From Patescibacteria group bacterium (GTDB lineage Bacteria > Patescibacteriota > Dojkabacteria > GCA-002793355): a stretch of 64,000 nucleotides of DNA. Positions within the stretch are counted from its first letter, which is position 1; each line of letters opens with the position of its first letter. The position numbers were made by a program, and so were the translations under genes. Positions 20,179-29,633 of the stretch are shown here, piece after piece. The stretch covers positions 317,716 through 381,715 of the forward strand of contig BOKM01000001.1 in the NCBI GenBank assembly GCA_016860985.1, in the 5' to 3' direction. The notes under the pieces are model-generated. The model was not told where the DNA came from, made no database searches, and saw nothing but the letters and a program-made list of their open reading frames with translations.

Positions 20179-21981
20179 ATGACAGAGTTAGACAAGATTC
20201 GTAATTTTTGTATTATCGCGCATATTGATCACGGCAAGACGACCTTAACCGATAGAATACTTGAGTTAACATCAACCCATCACAAGCGGCAACTTGAACA
20301 ACAAGACCGTCTTACCGATGTTTTAGAAATAGAACAAGAAAGAGGAATTACAATTAAACTGCAGCCAGCAACGATGCCATGGAAAGGGCATCTCCTGAAC
20401 TTAATCGATACCCCAGGACATATTGACTTTACTTACGAAGTATCGCGATCGATGAAAGCCTGTGAAGGTGCACTCCTTTTAATTGATGTGACTCAAGGGG
20501 TTCAGGCACAAACCATTTCGAACATGTTGCTCGCAATGGAGGCAAATTTGGAAATAATCCCCGTGCTCAACAAAATAGACATTGGGGAACATCTTATAGA
20601 AGAGCGCCTAGAGGAGATTGAGCAAATACTCGGATTTAAACGCCACGAGGTCATTTTGGCATCGGGTAAATCTGGGCAAGGCGTTGCCGAAATGTTGGAC
20701 GAAGTAGTTTCGAAAGTTAAGCCTCCTACCGCCTCAGCAATACCTACTACACAAGCCCTTGTATTTGATTCAATATTCGATGAGCACAAGGGTATTATTG
20801 CCGCTATAAGGCTTTTTTCGGGAACAATCAAAAAGGGTGAACCGTACACCTTGATTAATACACAGACAAAGTTTATTGCAAAGAGTGTCGGCACCTTCTC
20901 CCCCAAAATGGTAGAAACTGAAGAGCTTACCGAAGGCATGGTTGGCTATATAGCAACAGGAATAAAAGATGTTAAGCAGGTACGTATTGGCGACACAATT
21001 GCACTCAAAGCGACAGACACTGCAATCTCAGGCTTTGATAAGCCAGCCCCAAAAGTATTTGCTTCACTTTACCCTGAAAATAAAGAAGATTATATTTTGC
21101 TTAAAGAGAGTATCCAAAAACTCTCCCTTAACGACGCTTCGTTGAGCATTCAAGAAGATTATTCCCCACTCCTTGGGCAAGGATACCGTGTTGGGTATTT
21201 AGGGCTGCTGCATCTTGAAATCACAAAAGAAAGATTAGAAAGAGAATTTTTAGTTGATACTGTTGTTACCGTACCAAGCGTCGAATACCATGCAACGTTA
21301 CATAACGGTGAAAAGATTCAGATTAAGTCTGCCTTTGATTTACCACCGTTGCCCTCAATAAAACTACTGGAAGAACCCTTTATCAAAGCGGAAATCCTAA
21401 CTCCAAGTGACACGATGTCATCCATATACGACATCATTATGGAATATAGAGGAGTCATAATGAATACGAAAGATACCTTTACTTCGCACGTGAGTAACTT
21501 GAATTACGTAACACTGGAAATTGATATGCCATATGCAGAACTGCTTAAGGGGTTCTTTTCCGTTATGAAGAGTGCAAGTCACGGTTATGCCTCGTTACAA
21601 TATGGGAACTTTACATACAAGCCAACCCAACTTGTGAAGGTTGATGTTCACGTGAATCATGATATTGTTCCTCCACTTTCGTTTCTTGAGATTCCTGAGC
21701 GCGCTAGGGACCGAGCCGTTTCAATGCTCGAGACACTAAAGAAATCTATTCCCCCACATATCTTCTCTATTCCACTACAAGCAATGGTTGGAGGAAAAGT
21801 ACTGGCACGAGAAGATGTTGCCGCTTACAAGAAAGACGTGACTGCGAAACTTTATGGTGGTGATATTACACGAAAAATGAAGCTTAGAAACAATCAGCAA
21901 AAGAAGAAACGCGAAATGAAAATTACTGGCAAAGTAAGAATTCCGAGCGAAGCCTTTATCAAGATTATCAACTCGAATTAA
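20179..21981 (+). CDS. lepA: elongation factor 4 (LepA)
   Basis: IRNFCIIAHIDHGKTTL, ERGITIK, DTPGH, NKID, GYLGLLH, KDVTAKLYGGDITRK. Confidence 0.97.
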   Translation: MTELDKIRNFCIIAHIDHGKTTLTDRILELTSTHHKRQLEQQDRLTDVLEIEQERGITIKLQPATMPWKGHLLNLIDTPGHIDFTYEVSRSMKACEGALLLIDVTQGVQAQTISNMLLAMEANLEIIPVLNKIDIGEHLIEERLEEIEQILGFKRHEVILASGKSGQGVAEMLDEVVSKVKPPTASAIPTTQALVFDSIFDEHKGIIAAIRLFSGTIKKGEPYTLINTQTKFIAKSVGTFSPKMVETEELTEGMVGYIATGIKDVKQVRIGDTIALKATDTAISGFDKPAPKVFASLYPENKEDYILLKESIQKLSLNDASLSIQEDYSPLLGQGYRVGYLGLLHLEITKERLEREFLVDTVVTVPSVEYHATLHNGEKIQIKSAFDLPPLPSIKLLEEPFIKAEILTPSDTMSSIYDIIMEYRGVIMNTKDTFTSHVSNLNYVTLEIDMPYAELLKGFFSVMKSASHGYASLQYGNFTYKPTQLVKVDVHVNHDIVPPLSFLEIPERARDRAVSMLETLKKSIPPHIFSIPLQAMVGGKVLAREDVAAYKKDVTAKLYGGDITRKMKLRNNQQKKKREMKITGKVRIPSEAFIKIINSN

Positions 21982-22499
21982 TCGAGCGACGTGAGTGAGG
22001 CGTAAAAAGCAACGACCGCAAGTGCAACATGTACATTGATGGATCCGCCTTTTCCATACATTGGTATCACCACCGCTCGATCAACTGCTGAGATTGTCTT
22101 TTTCGAGAGTCCGAACATTTCACTGCCCACCACAAATGCAATTTTTGTTGGGTAAGATATTTCTGTATACAATTGTGACTCTTCGCACTGTTCAATGGCA
22201 ACTACTTCGTATCCTTCTTTTTTAATTTCAGCAATCGCTTCTAAAGTCGACTCTCTATATTCCCACGAAACAACTTTCTCCTTTCCTCTTGATACTTTTG
22301 ATAAGTCTTTTCCAAACGGTGGGCGGTGAGATTCTCCTGTTAGGAATATCTTTTTTGCTTTTAACGCGTCTGCAATTCGGAACAAGCTCCCTACATTTCG
22401 GGCATAAGACATATTTTCGGCAATCAAAACTATCTCTCGCTGCTGCTTATATTGCTTATTGGTCTTTTTGACCGCTTTTGGTGAAAGTTTCGTCATCAT
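21978..22499 (-). CDS. TrmH/SpoU family RNA 2'-O-methyltransferase
   Basis: NVGSLFRIADA, VGSEMFGL, IPMYGKGGSINV; likely start 22499 (MMTKLS). Confidence 0.9.
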   Translation of the reverse strand: MMTKLSPKAVKKTNKQYKQQREIVLIAENMSYARNVGSLFRIADALKAKKIFLTGESHRPPFGKDLSKVSRGKEKVVSWEYRESTLEAIAEIKKEGYEVVAIEQCEESQLYTEISYPTKIAFVVGSEMFGLSKKTISAVDRAVVIPMYGKGGSINVHVALAVVAFYASLTSLD

Positions 22500-23277
22500 A
22501 TCGTGAGAGTATACGAGGTGTTCCCCATGTTGTAAACTCTGAACGAAAAACTTTCGCAGGAGAAAACGTAAGTTGACGCTCTGCCTTAGCAATCATCAAT
22601 ACACCAGCAATGTAATCGAGCGCATCAAAAAATACATCCCAAACAGACTTCTTATGAGAAGCTGAGGTTGCATTCTTTATCACCTCTAGATTTCGGGTAT
22701 ACCAGGTCGGAAAATATTTTTCTATCCATTGGTTCTGCTCAAGCAGTAACCGATACTCTCCAATATCTTTAATGTAAAGAGGGATTGCATCTACAAATTG
22801 CATCGCATAAGACGCCGTTTCTTTTTTCAGATGTAGGGAATCAAGCGTTGAGTAGAAATTAAAACAAAGCTTATCGTTTACCCGCGACTCTTCAACTCCA
22901 TCACGTGCCAAACGACGTTTTCCGATTAATGTATAAAGAAAAAAATCAATTGCTCTTGTTAGCCAAATTCTCCTAGGATTTACGATAATCCATACATCGA
23001 TATCATCCTGTGGTTCAGCGTTAAGTGAGGCAACAGAACCTGTAATAAAGAGCATTCGTACCCAAGGAAGGTAGGTTAACCATTTTAAAACTTTTCTTGC
23101 CGCGTCGATTTTGGCCAATGAATATCTGACTTTCTTTTGCAAGGACTCATCCAGCTCATTTGTGCTAGATTCATTACCAATATAGCGTGGGTATTCAATT
23201 CTCGTGTACCTCCAGCAATCAACTGGCCATCCAAAAGAATGTTTAACCTCTTGAAGTATTTCAAATTCTCTAGTCAT
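22456..23277 (-). CDS. Pol-beta-superfamily nucleotidyltransferase-like protein
   Basis: ITGSVA...DDIDVWII (hGS-x-DxD) and KLCFNFY. Confidence 0.65.
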   Translation of the reverse strand: MTREFEILQEVKHSFGWPVDCWRYTRIEYPRYIGNESSTNELDESLQKKVRYSLAKIDAARKVLKWLTYLPWVRMLFITGSVASLNAEPQDDIDVWIIVNPRRIWLTRAIDFFLYTLIGKRRLARDGVEESRVNDKLCFNFYSTLDSLHLKKETASYAMQFVDAIPLYIKDIGEYRLLLEQNQWIEKYFPTWYTRNLEVIKNATSASHKKSVWDVFFDALDYIAGVLMIAKAERQLTFSPAKVFRSEFTTWGTPRILSRYDDETFTKSGQKDQ

Positions 23278-23317
23278 TACTCGCAGATTTCCAATATTTT
23301 TGCTACACTAGCGTAAC

Positions 23318-24136
23318 ATGTATGAACACGCAATTCCACAGAACATCATGGAGTATGAGTTTGAGCTTTTTGCAGGCTTAACTCTCAAGCAATTTATCTA
23401 CGTCGCAGTATCGGGCGGGTTTGCCTTTGGTTTATACGAATTAAACAGAGCTGGCCTTTTTCCCGCTTTCTTTGCATGGATTACTATTCCAATAATCCTT
23501 TTGGTTGGCGTCACACTTGGCTTAGGCTCGTATCAAAAACGAACAATGGAAGATTGGTTCAATGCATTTGCCAAAGCAAATGCGCTAACCCTTCGCCGAG
23601 TATGGAAAAAAGATACAAAAGCAGTTACTCACGATAATTTTCATGCGACAAAACCGCACTCGCTTCCTTCGTACCTTGCGGTGTATTTTATGAACCAAGA
23701 CGAGTTTACGCGATTAATGCGCAACAAAGGGGCAATAGAGGATTCTCATGAACCTACCACTATCGTACAGCCACTTCTTCACGCAGAGAATATCCCAACC
23801 ATTCAAGAGGTTATTCAACTTACTCAAGCTAATGCCTCAGATTTTGCGGAACCTGGTGTAACGCTTCCAGCAATACCAAACACGATTGCCTTCAAGTTAC
23901 AAGAAGATAATCTTCCAATGGAAGGTGTAGTCGCCTATGTAAAAGATGCCAATATGAGCGTCGTCGGTGCGCTTCGAAGTAACAAAGATGGCATTGTTTA
24001 TTTTAATCAAGGATTTCAGAACGGAGATTACGAAATCGAATTTCAATCGCCAGAAGCTGCAACGTTTCCGAAAGTGAGAGTGCAATTTCAAGGTCTCACT
24101 TACCCACTTATTAATATATCACCAACAGGTTCATAA
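23318..24136 (+). CDS. PrgI-family (VirB3-like) membrane protein with C-terminal beta-sandwich
   Basis: HAIPQNIMEYEFELFAGLTLKQF, two TMs, RRVWKK, C-terminal SNKDG...NGDYEI. Confidence 0.8.
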   Translation: MYEHAIPQNIMEYEFELFAGLTLKQFIYVAVSGGFAFGLYELNRAGLFPAFFAWITIPIILLVGVTLGLGSYQKRTMEDWFNAFAKANALTLRRVWKKDTKAVTHDNFHATKPHSLPSYLAVYFMNQDEFTRLMRNKGAIEDSHEPTTIVQPLLHAENIPTIQEVIQLTQANASDFAEPGVTLPAIPNTIAFKLQEDNLPMEGVVAYVKDANMSVVGALRSNKDGIVYFNQGFQNGDYEIEFQSPEAATFPKVRVQFQGLTYPLINISPTGS

Positions 24137-24138
24137 TT

Positions 24139-24768
24139 ATGGCACTCGGTCCAGGGCAAAGCCCCATAACTCAAGGTACGCAAGATATTCTTGAAGTAGC
24201 GGACATCATGAATGATTTGCTCATTACTCGAAATGGAACCGTTTGTTTAATCTTAAAAACTTCTTCAGTAAACTTTGACCTTTTATCCGAAGACGAGCAA
24301 GACATTAAAATTGCATCCTTCGGTTCTATGGTTAACTCACTCGACTTTCCTCTACAAATTCTTATTGAAACAAAGAAAATTAACATCAGTAAATATGCTG
24401 ACTTTCTAGATACAATGGACACTCCAGACCTTAGCCCCGGACTAAAGCGCCAATTTACGGTTTATAAACAGTTTATAAGAAACCTTATTACAAATAAGGA
24501 AATCCTCGATAAACGTTTTATGATTGTGATTCCCTATAGAACAGGTACCTCTGTTGCGCCAAACGCAACAATCGAGCAAAAACAGAAGCTAATCGAGAGC
24601 GCGACAGGCTATTTGTATCCAAAAAAATATCACGTGATAAAAATGTTAAAAGGCATGTCGCTTGAAGCTGAGCAGATGTCGAACAGCGAAATTGCCAAGT
24701 ATCTTTATTCAGTTTACAACCCAGCGGACTCAATCCGTTTAGATGATTTACCTCAAATATACGTATAA
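24139..24768 (+). CDS. TraC/VirB4 N-terminal-like conjugation-system accessory protein
   Basis: TQDILEVADI, SVNFDLLSEDEQ, NSLDFPLQILI, RFMIVIPY, YNP. Confidence 0.75.
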   Translation: MALGPGQSPITQGTQDILEVADIMNDLLITRNGTVCLILKTSSVNFDLLSEDEQDIKIASFGSMVNSLDFPLQILIETKKINISKYADFLDTMDTPDLSPGLKRQFTVYKQFIRNLITNKEILDKRFMIVIPYRTGTSVAPNATIEQKQKLIESATGYLYPKKYHVIKMLKGMSLEAEQMSNSEIAKYLYSVYNPADSIRLDDLPQIYV

Positions 24769-24769
24769 T

Positions 24770-26638
24770 ATGGCACTCCTCGACTTATTCAATAAAAAAA
24801 AACCAACTCAAACTGCAGAACAAGGAGCACAACCTCAAGTTGAGCAGCAGCAATCAGATCCAAACCCTGACTTTAGTATTCAGGACCTGCTTGCTCCGCA
24901 ATATTACGAGATTGATTTTAATCACGTGCAGATTAACAAGCGTTATTACAGAATTCTCATGATTACGGACTTTCCTCGTGTAGTCCGTTCTACATGGCTT
25001 TCTCCACTAGTAAACTTTGAATCTTCACTTGCAATCAGTACGTTCTACTACATCGTTGATTCAGACGAAGTTATTGATAAGCTCAAGAAAAAAATTGCAG
25101 AACTCGAAGCAACTCTTTCGACACAATACGAAAAAGGTGTAGTTCTTGATCCTAAGAGTAAAGTCGCCTATCAAGATGCCCAAGAACTTATCGACAATGT
25201 TGCATCAGGCAAGGAAAAATTCTTTAACATGGGAATGTATATTCGTCTTAATGCAGACGATCTTACAACACTTGAGAATATTTCTAAGAATGTTATCTCG
25301 ACACTCAAGGCAATCGGACTTTCTGCAGTCCCACTTACGCTAAAAATGCACGACGGATTCGATACAACACTTCCATATGCACTCGACAAAATATATCGTG
25401 TTCGAAACATGGATACGACCTCTATTGCAATGACCTTTCCCTTTGTTACGTCGGACCTTACCATGGACAGAGGAATTCTTTACGGCGTCAACATGCACAA
25501 CAACAGTATGGTTATTTTCGATAGGTTTAGCATGCCTAACCTAAACGAAGTAGTTTTCGCGACTTCTGGTGCAGGAAAGAGCTATTTTGTAAAACTTGAA
25601 GCCTTGAGATATTTGCTTACAGGTACGCAAGTGATGATTATCGACCCTGAAAACGAGTATGAAAAACTTGCTAAATCGGTAGATGGCGAATACATTACCT
25701 TTACTCAAGACGAAGGCGCAAAAATTAATCCCTTTGAGTTCCTAAAGTCTTCAAAAGATGGCGTAAGAAACGTCCTTCGCGACAAAGTATTAAGCCTCCA
25801 CTCGTTTATTAAATTACTCCTTGGAGAACTAACAAATGTCGAAGTTTCAATTCTCGACCGCGCCTTTATCCTTACGTATAACGAAAAAGGCATCAACAAC
25901 GACCCTGAAACATGGAATAACAAGCCACCACTGCTCGAAGATTTGTATAAGATTCTCAAAGGTATGGCAGAACCTGAGGCGCGAGCACTTTCAGGCCGGT
26001 TAGAAAAGTATGTTTTTGGAAGTGCTGCCGGCGTCTTTAACCAAGAGACAAATATCGACATCAAGAACAAATTTACAGTATTTAGCATTCGTGACCTTCA
26101 AGATGATCTCCGTCCAATCGCCATGTATATGGTGCTCGATTTCATCTGGACTCGAGTACGTGAAGATATAAGACCAAGAATCCTTGTTGTCGACGAAGCC
26201 TGGACCATGATGCAATACGAAGATTCCGCACGCTTTATTTACGGTATCGCAAAGCGAGGCCGAAAATATTACCTTGGGCTAACGACTATCAGTCAAGATG
26301 TTGATGAATTCTTAACGTCAAAATATGGAAAAGCGGTAGTAACCAACTCAAGCTTGTCGCTTCTACTTAAACAGAGCCCTGCTGCGGTTGATTTAGTCGT
26401 AAAAACCTTTAACCTCTCTTCCGGAGAGCGATCATTCGTATTGAGCGCTAAAACAGGAGAAGGGCTATTCTTTGCCGGAAGAAGCCATGTAGGAGTTTCA
26501 ATTATTGCAAGTAGAGCCGAACATAGACTTATCACCTCAAATCCAAAAGAACTCGCAAAAATGAAATCACAGAGTACAGAATTTTCTGAGGACGATATTT
26601 CAGAGGGAGCCTTAGTTTTTGAGCAAGGAAGTGAATGA
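24770..26638 (+). CDS. virB4: VirB4/TraC-family type IV secretion ATPase
   Basis: Walker A ATSGAGKS, IIDPENEY, INPF, Walker B VVDEAW, KRGRKY, TISQDV; likely start 24770 (MALLDLF). Confidence 0.9.
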   Translation: MALLDLFNKKKPTQTAEQGAQPQVEQQQSDPNPDFSIQDLLAPQYYEIDFNHVQINKRYYRILMITDFPRVVRSTWLSPLVNFESSLAISTFYYIVDSDEVIDKLKKKIAELEATLSTQYEKGVVLDPKSKVAYQDAQELIDNVASGKEKFFNMGMYIRLNADDLTTLENISKNVISTLKAIGLSAVPLTLKMHDGFDTTLPYALDKIYRVRNMDTTSIAMTFPFVTSDLTMDRGILYGVNMHNNSMVIFDRFSMPNLNEVVFATSGAGKSYFVKLEALRYLLTGTQVMIIDPENEYEKLAKSVDGEYITFTQDEGAKINPFEFLKSSKDGVRNVLRDKVLSLHSFIKLLLGELTNVEVSILDRAFILTYNEKGINNDPETWNNKPPLLEDLYKILKGMAEPEARALSGRLEKYVFGSAAGVFNQETNIDIKNKFTVFSIRDLQDDLRPIAMYMVLDFIWTRVREDIRPRILVVDEAWTMMQYEDSARFIYGIAKRGRKYYLGLTTISQDVDEFLTSKYGKAVVTNSSLSLLLKQSPAAVDLVVKTFNLSSGERSFVLSAKTGEGLFFAGRSHVGVSIIASRAEHRLITSNPKELAKMKSQSTEFSEDDISEGALVFEQGSE

Positions 26639-27477
26639 CCCCGCGAATCAAATTACAAGAGTTTGTTTTTATCGGTAGTCTTATTTGCGTTTCTGTTATT
26701 GGGATTGTTCTGCTCTCTTCACAAAAAGATTTAAGCTCAAAAGACTCACAAGCTGCAAGCGGAAATATATTCGACGTAACAGTACCGGCCAATCAACCAA
26801 CCAATACTCCTACTCCCTCAGTTACCAAAAGCGCAAAGGCTCAAGACGTGCCACTTAAAGTACTAGGCCGAAAAGAGATTGGAGAACAATCGTACTTGTA
26901 CACAGAGCTCGCAAGCAAAGGACTAATCTCAAATGTTGCTGCAGACAACGTTACCATACACTGGTTAACAGAAGCTCCACAACAAACAAAATTATATTAC
27001 GGAAAAAAGGAAAACCTACTCATTAAACAGTTTTCCGACTCAGATTACAGCTATATTCATACCGCTAAATTGGAAACACTTACCCCAAATACACTCTATT
27101 ATTACTCTGGTCACGCGCCAATTACCGAAAGCTTTGTTTCAGCTCCGCAACTTCCCGTTGCCCCAGCACTCTTAACCTTGCAAGGCACAATTTCGAAACA
27201 GGCCGGCGAATGTCTGATTCGCGCCATAATAAGCAATGAAAACAAAGCTTCTTCTTCAATGACTGCTGCATTTAAAGGGAGTGAATGGAAACTTGATTTG
27301 AAAGGGATTAGGAGCGCCGATTATTCTGCATATTACACACCTAATAGCAACGACTCCGTTGAGTTTGACGTACTTTGTATCGATAATAATAAATCCGTAT
27401 CTAGCGCCAAAAAGAAAGTTTTATACCGCCAAGCAGTGTCACAAACTACCAGTATTGTGCTTGTTAATGAGGATTGA
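26635..27477 (+). CDS. membrane-anchored FN3-like exported protein
   Basis: TM, PT linker, TIHWLTE...YG...HTAKLETLTPNTLYYY; ATGA overlap with virB4. Confidence 0.65.
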   Translation: MTPRIKLQEFVFIGSLICVSVIGIVLLSSQKDLSSKDSQAASGNIFDVTVPANQPTNTPTPSVTKSAKAQDVPLKVLGRKEIGEQSYLYTELASKGLISNVAADNVTIHWLTEAPQQTKLYYGKKENLLIKQFSDSDYSYIHTAKLETLTPNTLYYYSGHAPITESFVSAPQLPVAPALLTLQGTISKQAGECLIRAIISNENKASSSMTAAFKGSEWKLDLKGIRSADYSAYYTPNSNDSVEFDVLCIDNNKSVSSAKKKVLYRQAVSQTTSIVLVNED

Positions 27478-27510
27478 GCGCGAATCGCAAATTTGGTATA
27501 ATACGCAGTT

Positions 27511-27597
27511 GGAGGGGTGGCCGAGTGGTTGATGGCGTCAGTCTTGAAAACTGATGTAGGGTTTTCCCTACCGTGAGTTCGAATCTCTCCCCCTCCG
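27511..27597 (+). tRNA. tRNA-Ser(UGA)
   Basis: Acceptor GGAGGGG/CCCCTCC+G, anticodon arm TCAGT-CTTGAAA-ACTGA, long variable arm, GTTCGAATC; CCA not encoded; TATAAT 8 nt upstream. Confidence 0.95.
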
Positions 27598-27662
27598 TTT
27601 TTTTCTTGCTGTGACCTGAGCAAATTATCCTCCTTCCATTTATTCTCGGGCACTTAAACACC

Positions 27663-27691
27663 TTGATTCACCTTCAATACTCTGCTATAAA
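27663..27691 (+). promoter_or_regulatory. sigma70-type promoter for the 27732 ORF
   Basis: TTGATT-N17-TATAAA with an extended TG before the -10. Confidence 0.55.
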
Positions 27692-27731
27692 GACCTTCCA
27701 AGTGAATAATCTATAAAAAAAGCCCTATAAC

Positions 27732-27995
27732 ATGACAAAAGATACCGTAACATACAATGAACATCCAGGACTAGAAGTCGTGAGAGAAAAGTTGAGTGCA
27801 TACGGAGAGGTTGTACTCACCCCAGATGAACGCAATTCTCTACGGCGAAATGGTCATATAATGGCAACGAGAACAGATTTGGATTGCGATGCGATGAAAG
27901 AAGAATTAGAAAAAAGCGAACACATCGAAAAATTCAAAATTAGATACGACGGGATGGTACCAATCTATTATTTTGACGTACAGCTATCAAAGTAA
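27732..27995 (+). CDS. hypothetical protein
   Basis: 87-aa ORF with upstream promoter. Confidence 0.55.
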   Translation: MTKDTVTYNEHPGLEVVREKLSAYGEVVLTPDERNSLRRNGHIMATRTDLDCDAMKEELEKSEHIEKFKIRYDGMVPIYYFDVQLSK

Positions 27996-28033
27996 AATAT
28001 AGCCGAGAATTTCTTCTACCGGTATAATCAGCA

Positions 28034-28792
28034 ATGATTGACGAAACACTTCGAATATCTACACCTTCTGGGCAGCAAGTACTCGGCAGAATAACAGGTA
28101 ACGAAGATGGTGATCAAATTATCGTTTTTTCTCACGGATTTGGCGTAAAAAGTGATTCGAGAGGAATGTTCAATCTTCTCGTCGATGTCATCAAAGAAAA
28201 ACACCTCACCGTACGCTTTCATTATGTAGTTGTTGATGATCTAACACAAGAAACAATCGCAAGTTCCTACACAGAGCAGGCCGAAAAACTTCAAACAGTC
28301 GTTGAACGGGTACGACAACGCTTCGGGAATAAAGAGATTGTGCTTATTGCTCACTCACAAGGTTGCTTTATCTCTAGCATGGCCCTCGTTCAAGGGCTAG
28401 CAAATGTTGCTTGGCACGTATTACTCGCACCTCCACCAACCGAAAACGTAAGTGAACGTACAAAAGCGAAATTCAAATCGAGAAAAGGTGCAATTTTGAA
28501 CGAAGCTGGCAGAAGCATATACCCTCGAACAGACGGCTCAAAAACAATTATTCTTCCAAGTTATTGGAAAGATGCTGAAAACATTCACCCACTAGAACTT
28601 TATCGCGACGCATTTCCACTTGTTCACACGACAGTTATTTGGGGAACACAAGATACAACGATTCAACAAGAAAATTTCGCTCGAATCCAAGAACTACATC
28701 CCTCCGAACTATATCAACTGCCTAATGGGCATGAGTTTATGGAAGACAAACTGAAAGGGGTTATTGATATTCTTTCCAAGAAAATTCTTTAG
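28034..28792 (+). CDS. alpha/beta-fold hydrolase
   Basis: HGFG oxyanion motif, AHSQG nucleophile elbow, GTQD and GH triad residues. Confidence 0.85.
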   Translation: MIDETLRISTPSGQQVLGRITGNEDGDQIIVFSHGFGVKSDSRGMFNLLVDVIKEKHLTVRFHYVVVDDLTQETIASSYTEQAEKLQTVVERVRQRFGNKEIVLIAHSQGCFISSMALVQGLANVAWHVLLAPPPTENVSERTKAKFKSRKGAILNEAGRSIYPRTDGSKTIILPSYWKDAENIHPLELYRDAFPLVHTTVIWGTQDTTIQQENFARIQELHPSELYQLPNGHEFMEDKLKGVIDILSKKIL

Positions 28793-29070
28793 CAATTTGC
28801 TTCAATGTCCGATCTACTTAGCATTAGAGATGCATGGCAATTCGCACAATGTCCAAAATAGCACTGGCACTGTGGAGTATTCCGCTCATCAAACACATCA
28901 ATTATAAACTGCTTTCCTCTTTTACGATCTTGTTCGGGTAATTCACAGGCAATTCCTTCCGGCGTGAGATGAGGCGTTAAAATATACATTTGTCCAACAC
29001 AATTTAGAAACGCTTTGCATTCTTGCGTTTCCGTTGGTACGTGTGAAGACTTACCCAACATTGATTCCAT
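28789..29070 (-). CDS. small Cys-rich hypothetical protein
   Basis: Eight Cys including CQC and HCANCH; TATAAT 8 nt upstream of ATG 29070. Confidence 0.45.
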   Translation of the reverse strand: MESMLGKSSHVPTETQECKAFLNCVGQMYILTPHLTPEGIACELPEQDRKRGKQFIIDVFDERNTPQCQCYFGHCANCHASLMLSRSDIEANC

Positions 29071-29095
29071 ACACAATAATTATACTCTACTTACA

Positions 29096-29123
29096 AAAAG
29101 AAGGGGCAACCGCCCCTTCTTTT
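29096..29123 (-). terminator. intrinsic terminator (potentially bidirectional)
   Basis: AAAAGAAGGGGC-AACC-GCCCCTTCTTTT just downstream of the 29144 gene. Confidence 0.85.
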
Positions 29124-29143
29124 CCTAATCGAAAGGAATATAC

Positions 29144-29593
29144 CTACTCCATTCGGTCACAGACACCATCTTTGTCAGTATCGACAAATCCGGCACCGTT
29201 TCTTCCTTGTCCTTGTCCTTGACCTTGGCCTTTACCTGAGCCGCGTGTCCCTTGTCCAAGTCCAAGCTCTGCTCTTAATTTTGCTGCTTCTGCAGTTTTA
29301 CCTTCTTTTGAAAGAAGCCATGCTTGCGCAAATTTATCGAACTCAGACTGAGTGTCAATTTTGCTCAAGACACCTGGAGTTCTTCCATTTTCGGTCATTA
29401 ATTTTTTCCATCCTGCAAAATCCTTATTTTTCATGACCTTCTCTAAGGCAGCCTCTCGTTCTTCTGTATGATATGGTCCGACTTTGGTCATATCACCTCG
29501 ATATGCAGCTACGTGTGGCATCCCGAAATAAGTGACACCTGCGATTGCAGTAATTGCGACCGCACCAAGAAGTAGTGTTTTATTCATTTTCAT
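29144..29593 (-). CDS. secreted protein with Gly-Gln tail and EF-hand-like C-terminus; probable ECF target
   Basis: Signal peptide MKMNKTLLLGAVAITAIAG, GQGQGQGQG, FVDTDKDGVCD. Confidence 0.7.
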   Translation of the reverse strand: MKMNKTLLLGAVAITAIAGVTYFGMPHVAAYRGDMTKVGPYHTEEREAALEKVMKNKDFAGWKKLMTENGRTPGVLSKIDTQSEFDKFAQAWLLSKEGKTAEAAKLRAELGLGQGTRGSGKGQGQGQGQGRNGAGFVDTDKDGVCDRME

Positions 29594-29633
29594 AAGTAAA
29601 TCAATTATTTTATCTTTATGAGATGAGCTCTCT

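Noticed and set aside
23318-27597. Integrative conjugative element at tRNA-Ser
   Set aside because: No integrase, relaxase or duplicated tRNA 3' end seen in the window; composition matches the flanking core genes
27333-27661. Two minus-strand ORFs overlapping tRNA-Ser (similarly 40668-40886 over tRNA-Arg)
   Set aside because: They translate the tRNA antisense strand, a well-known spurious ORF pattern
29205-29234. CCTTGN hexamer tandem repeat
   Set aside because: Coding Gly-Gln repeat with varying third positions; no evidence of a contingency locus
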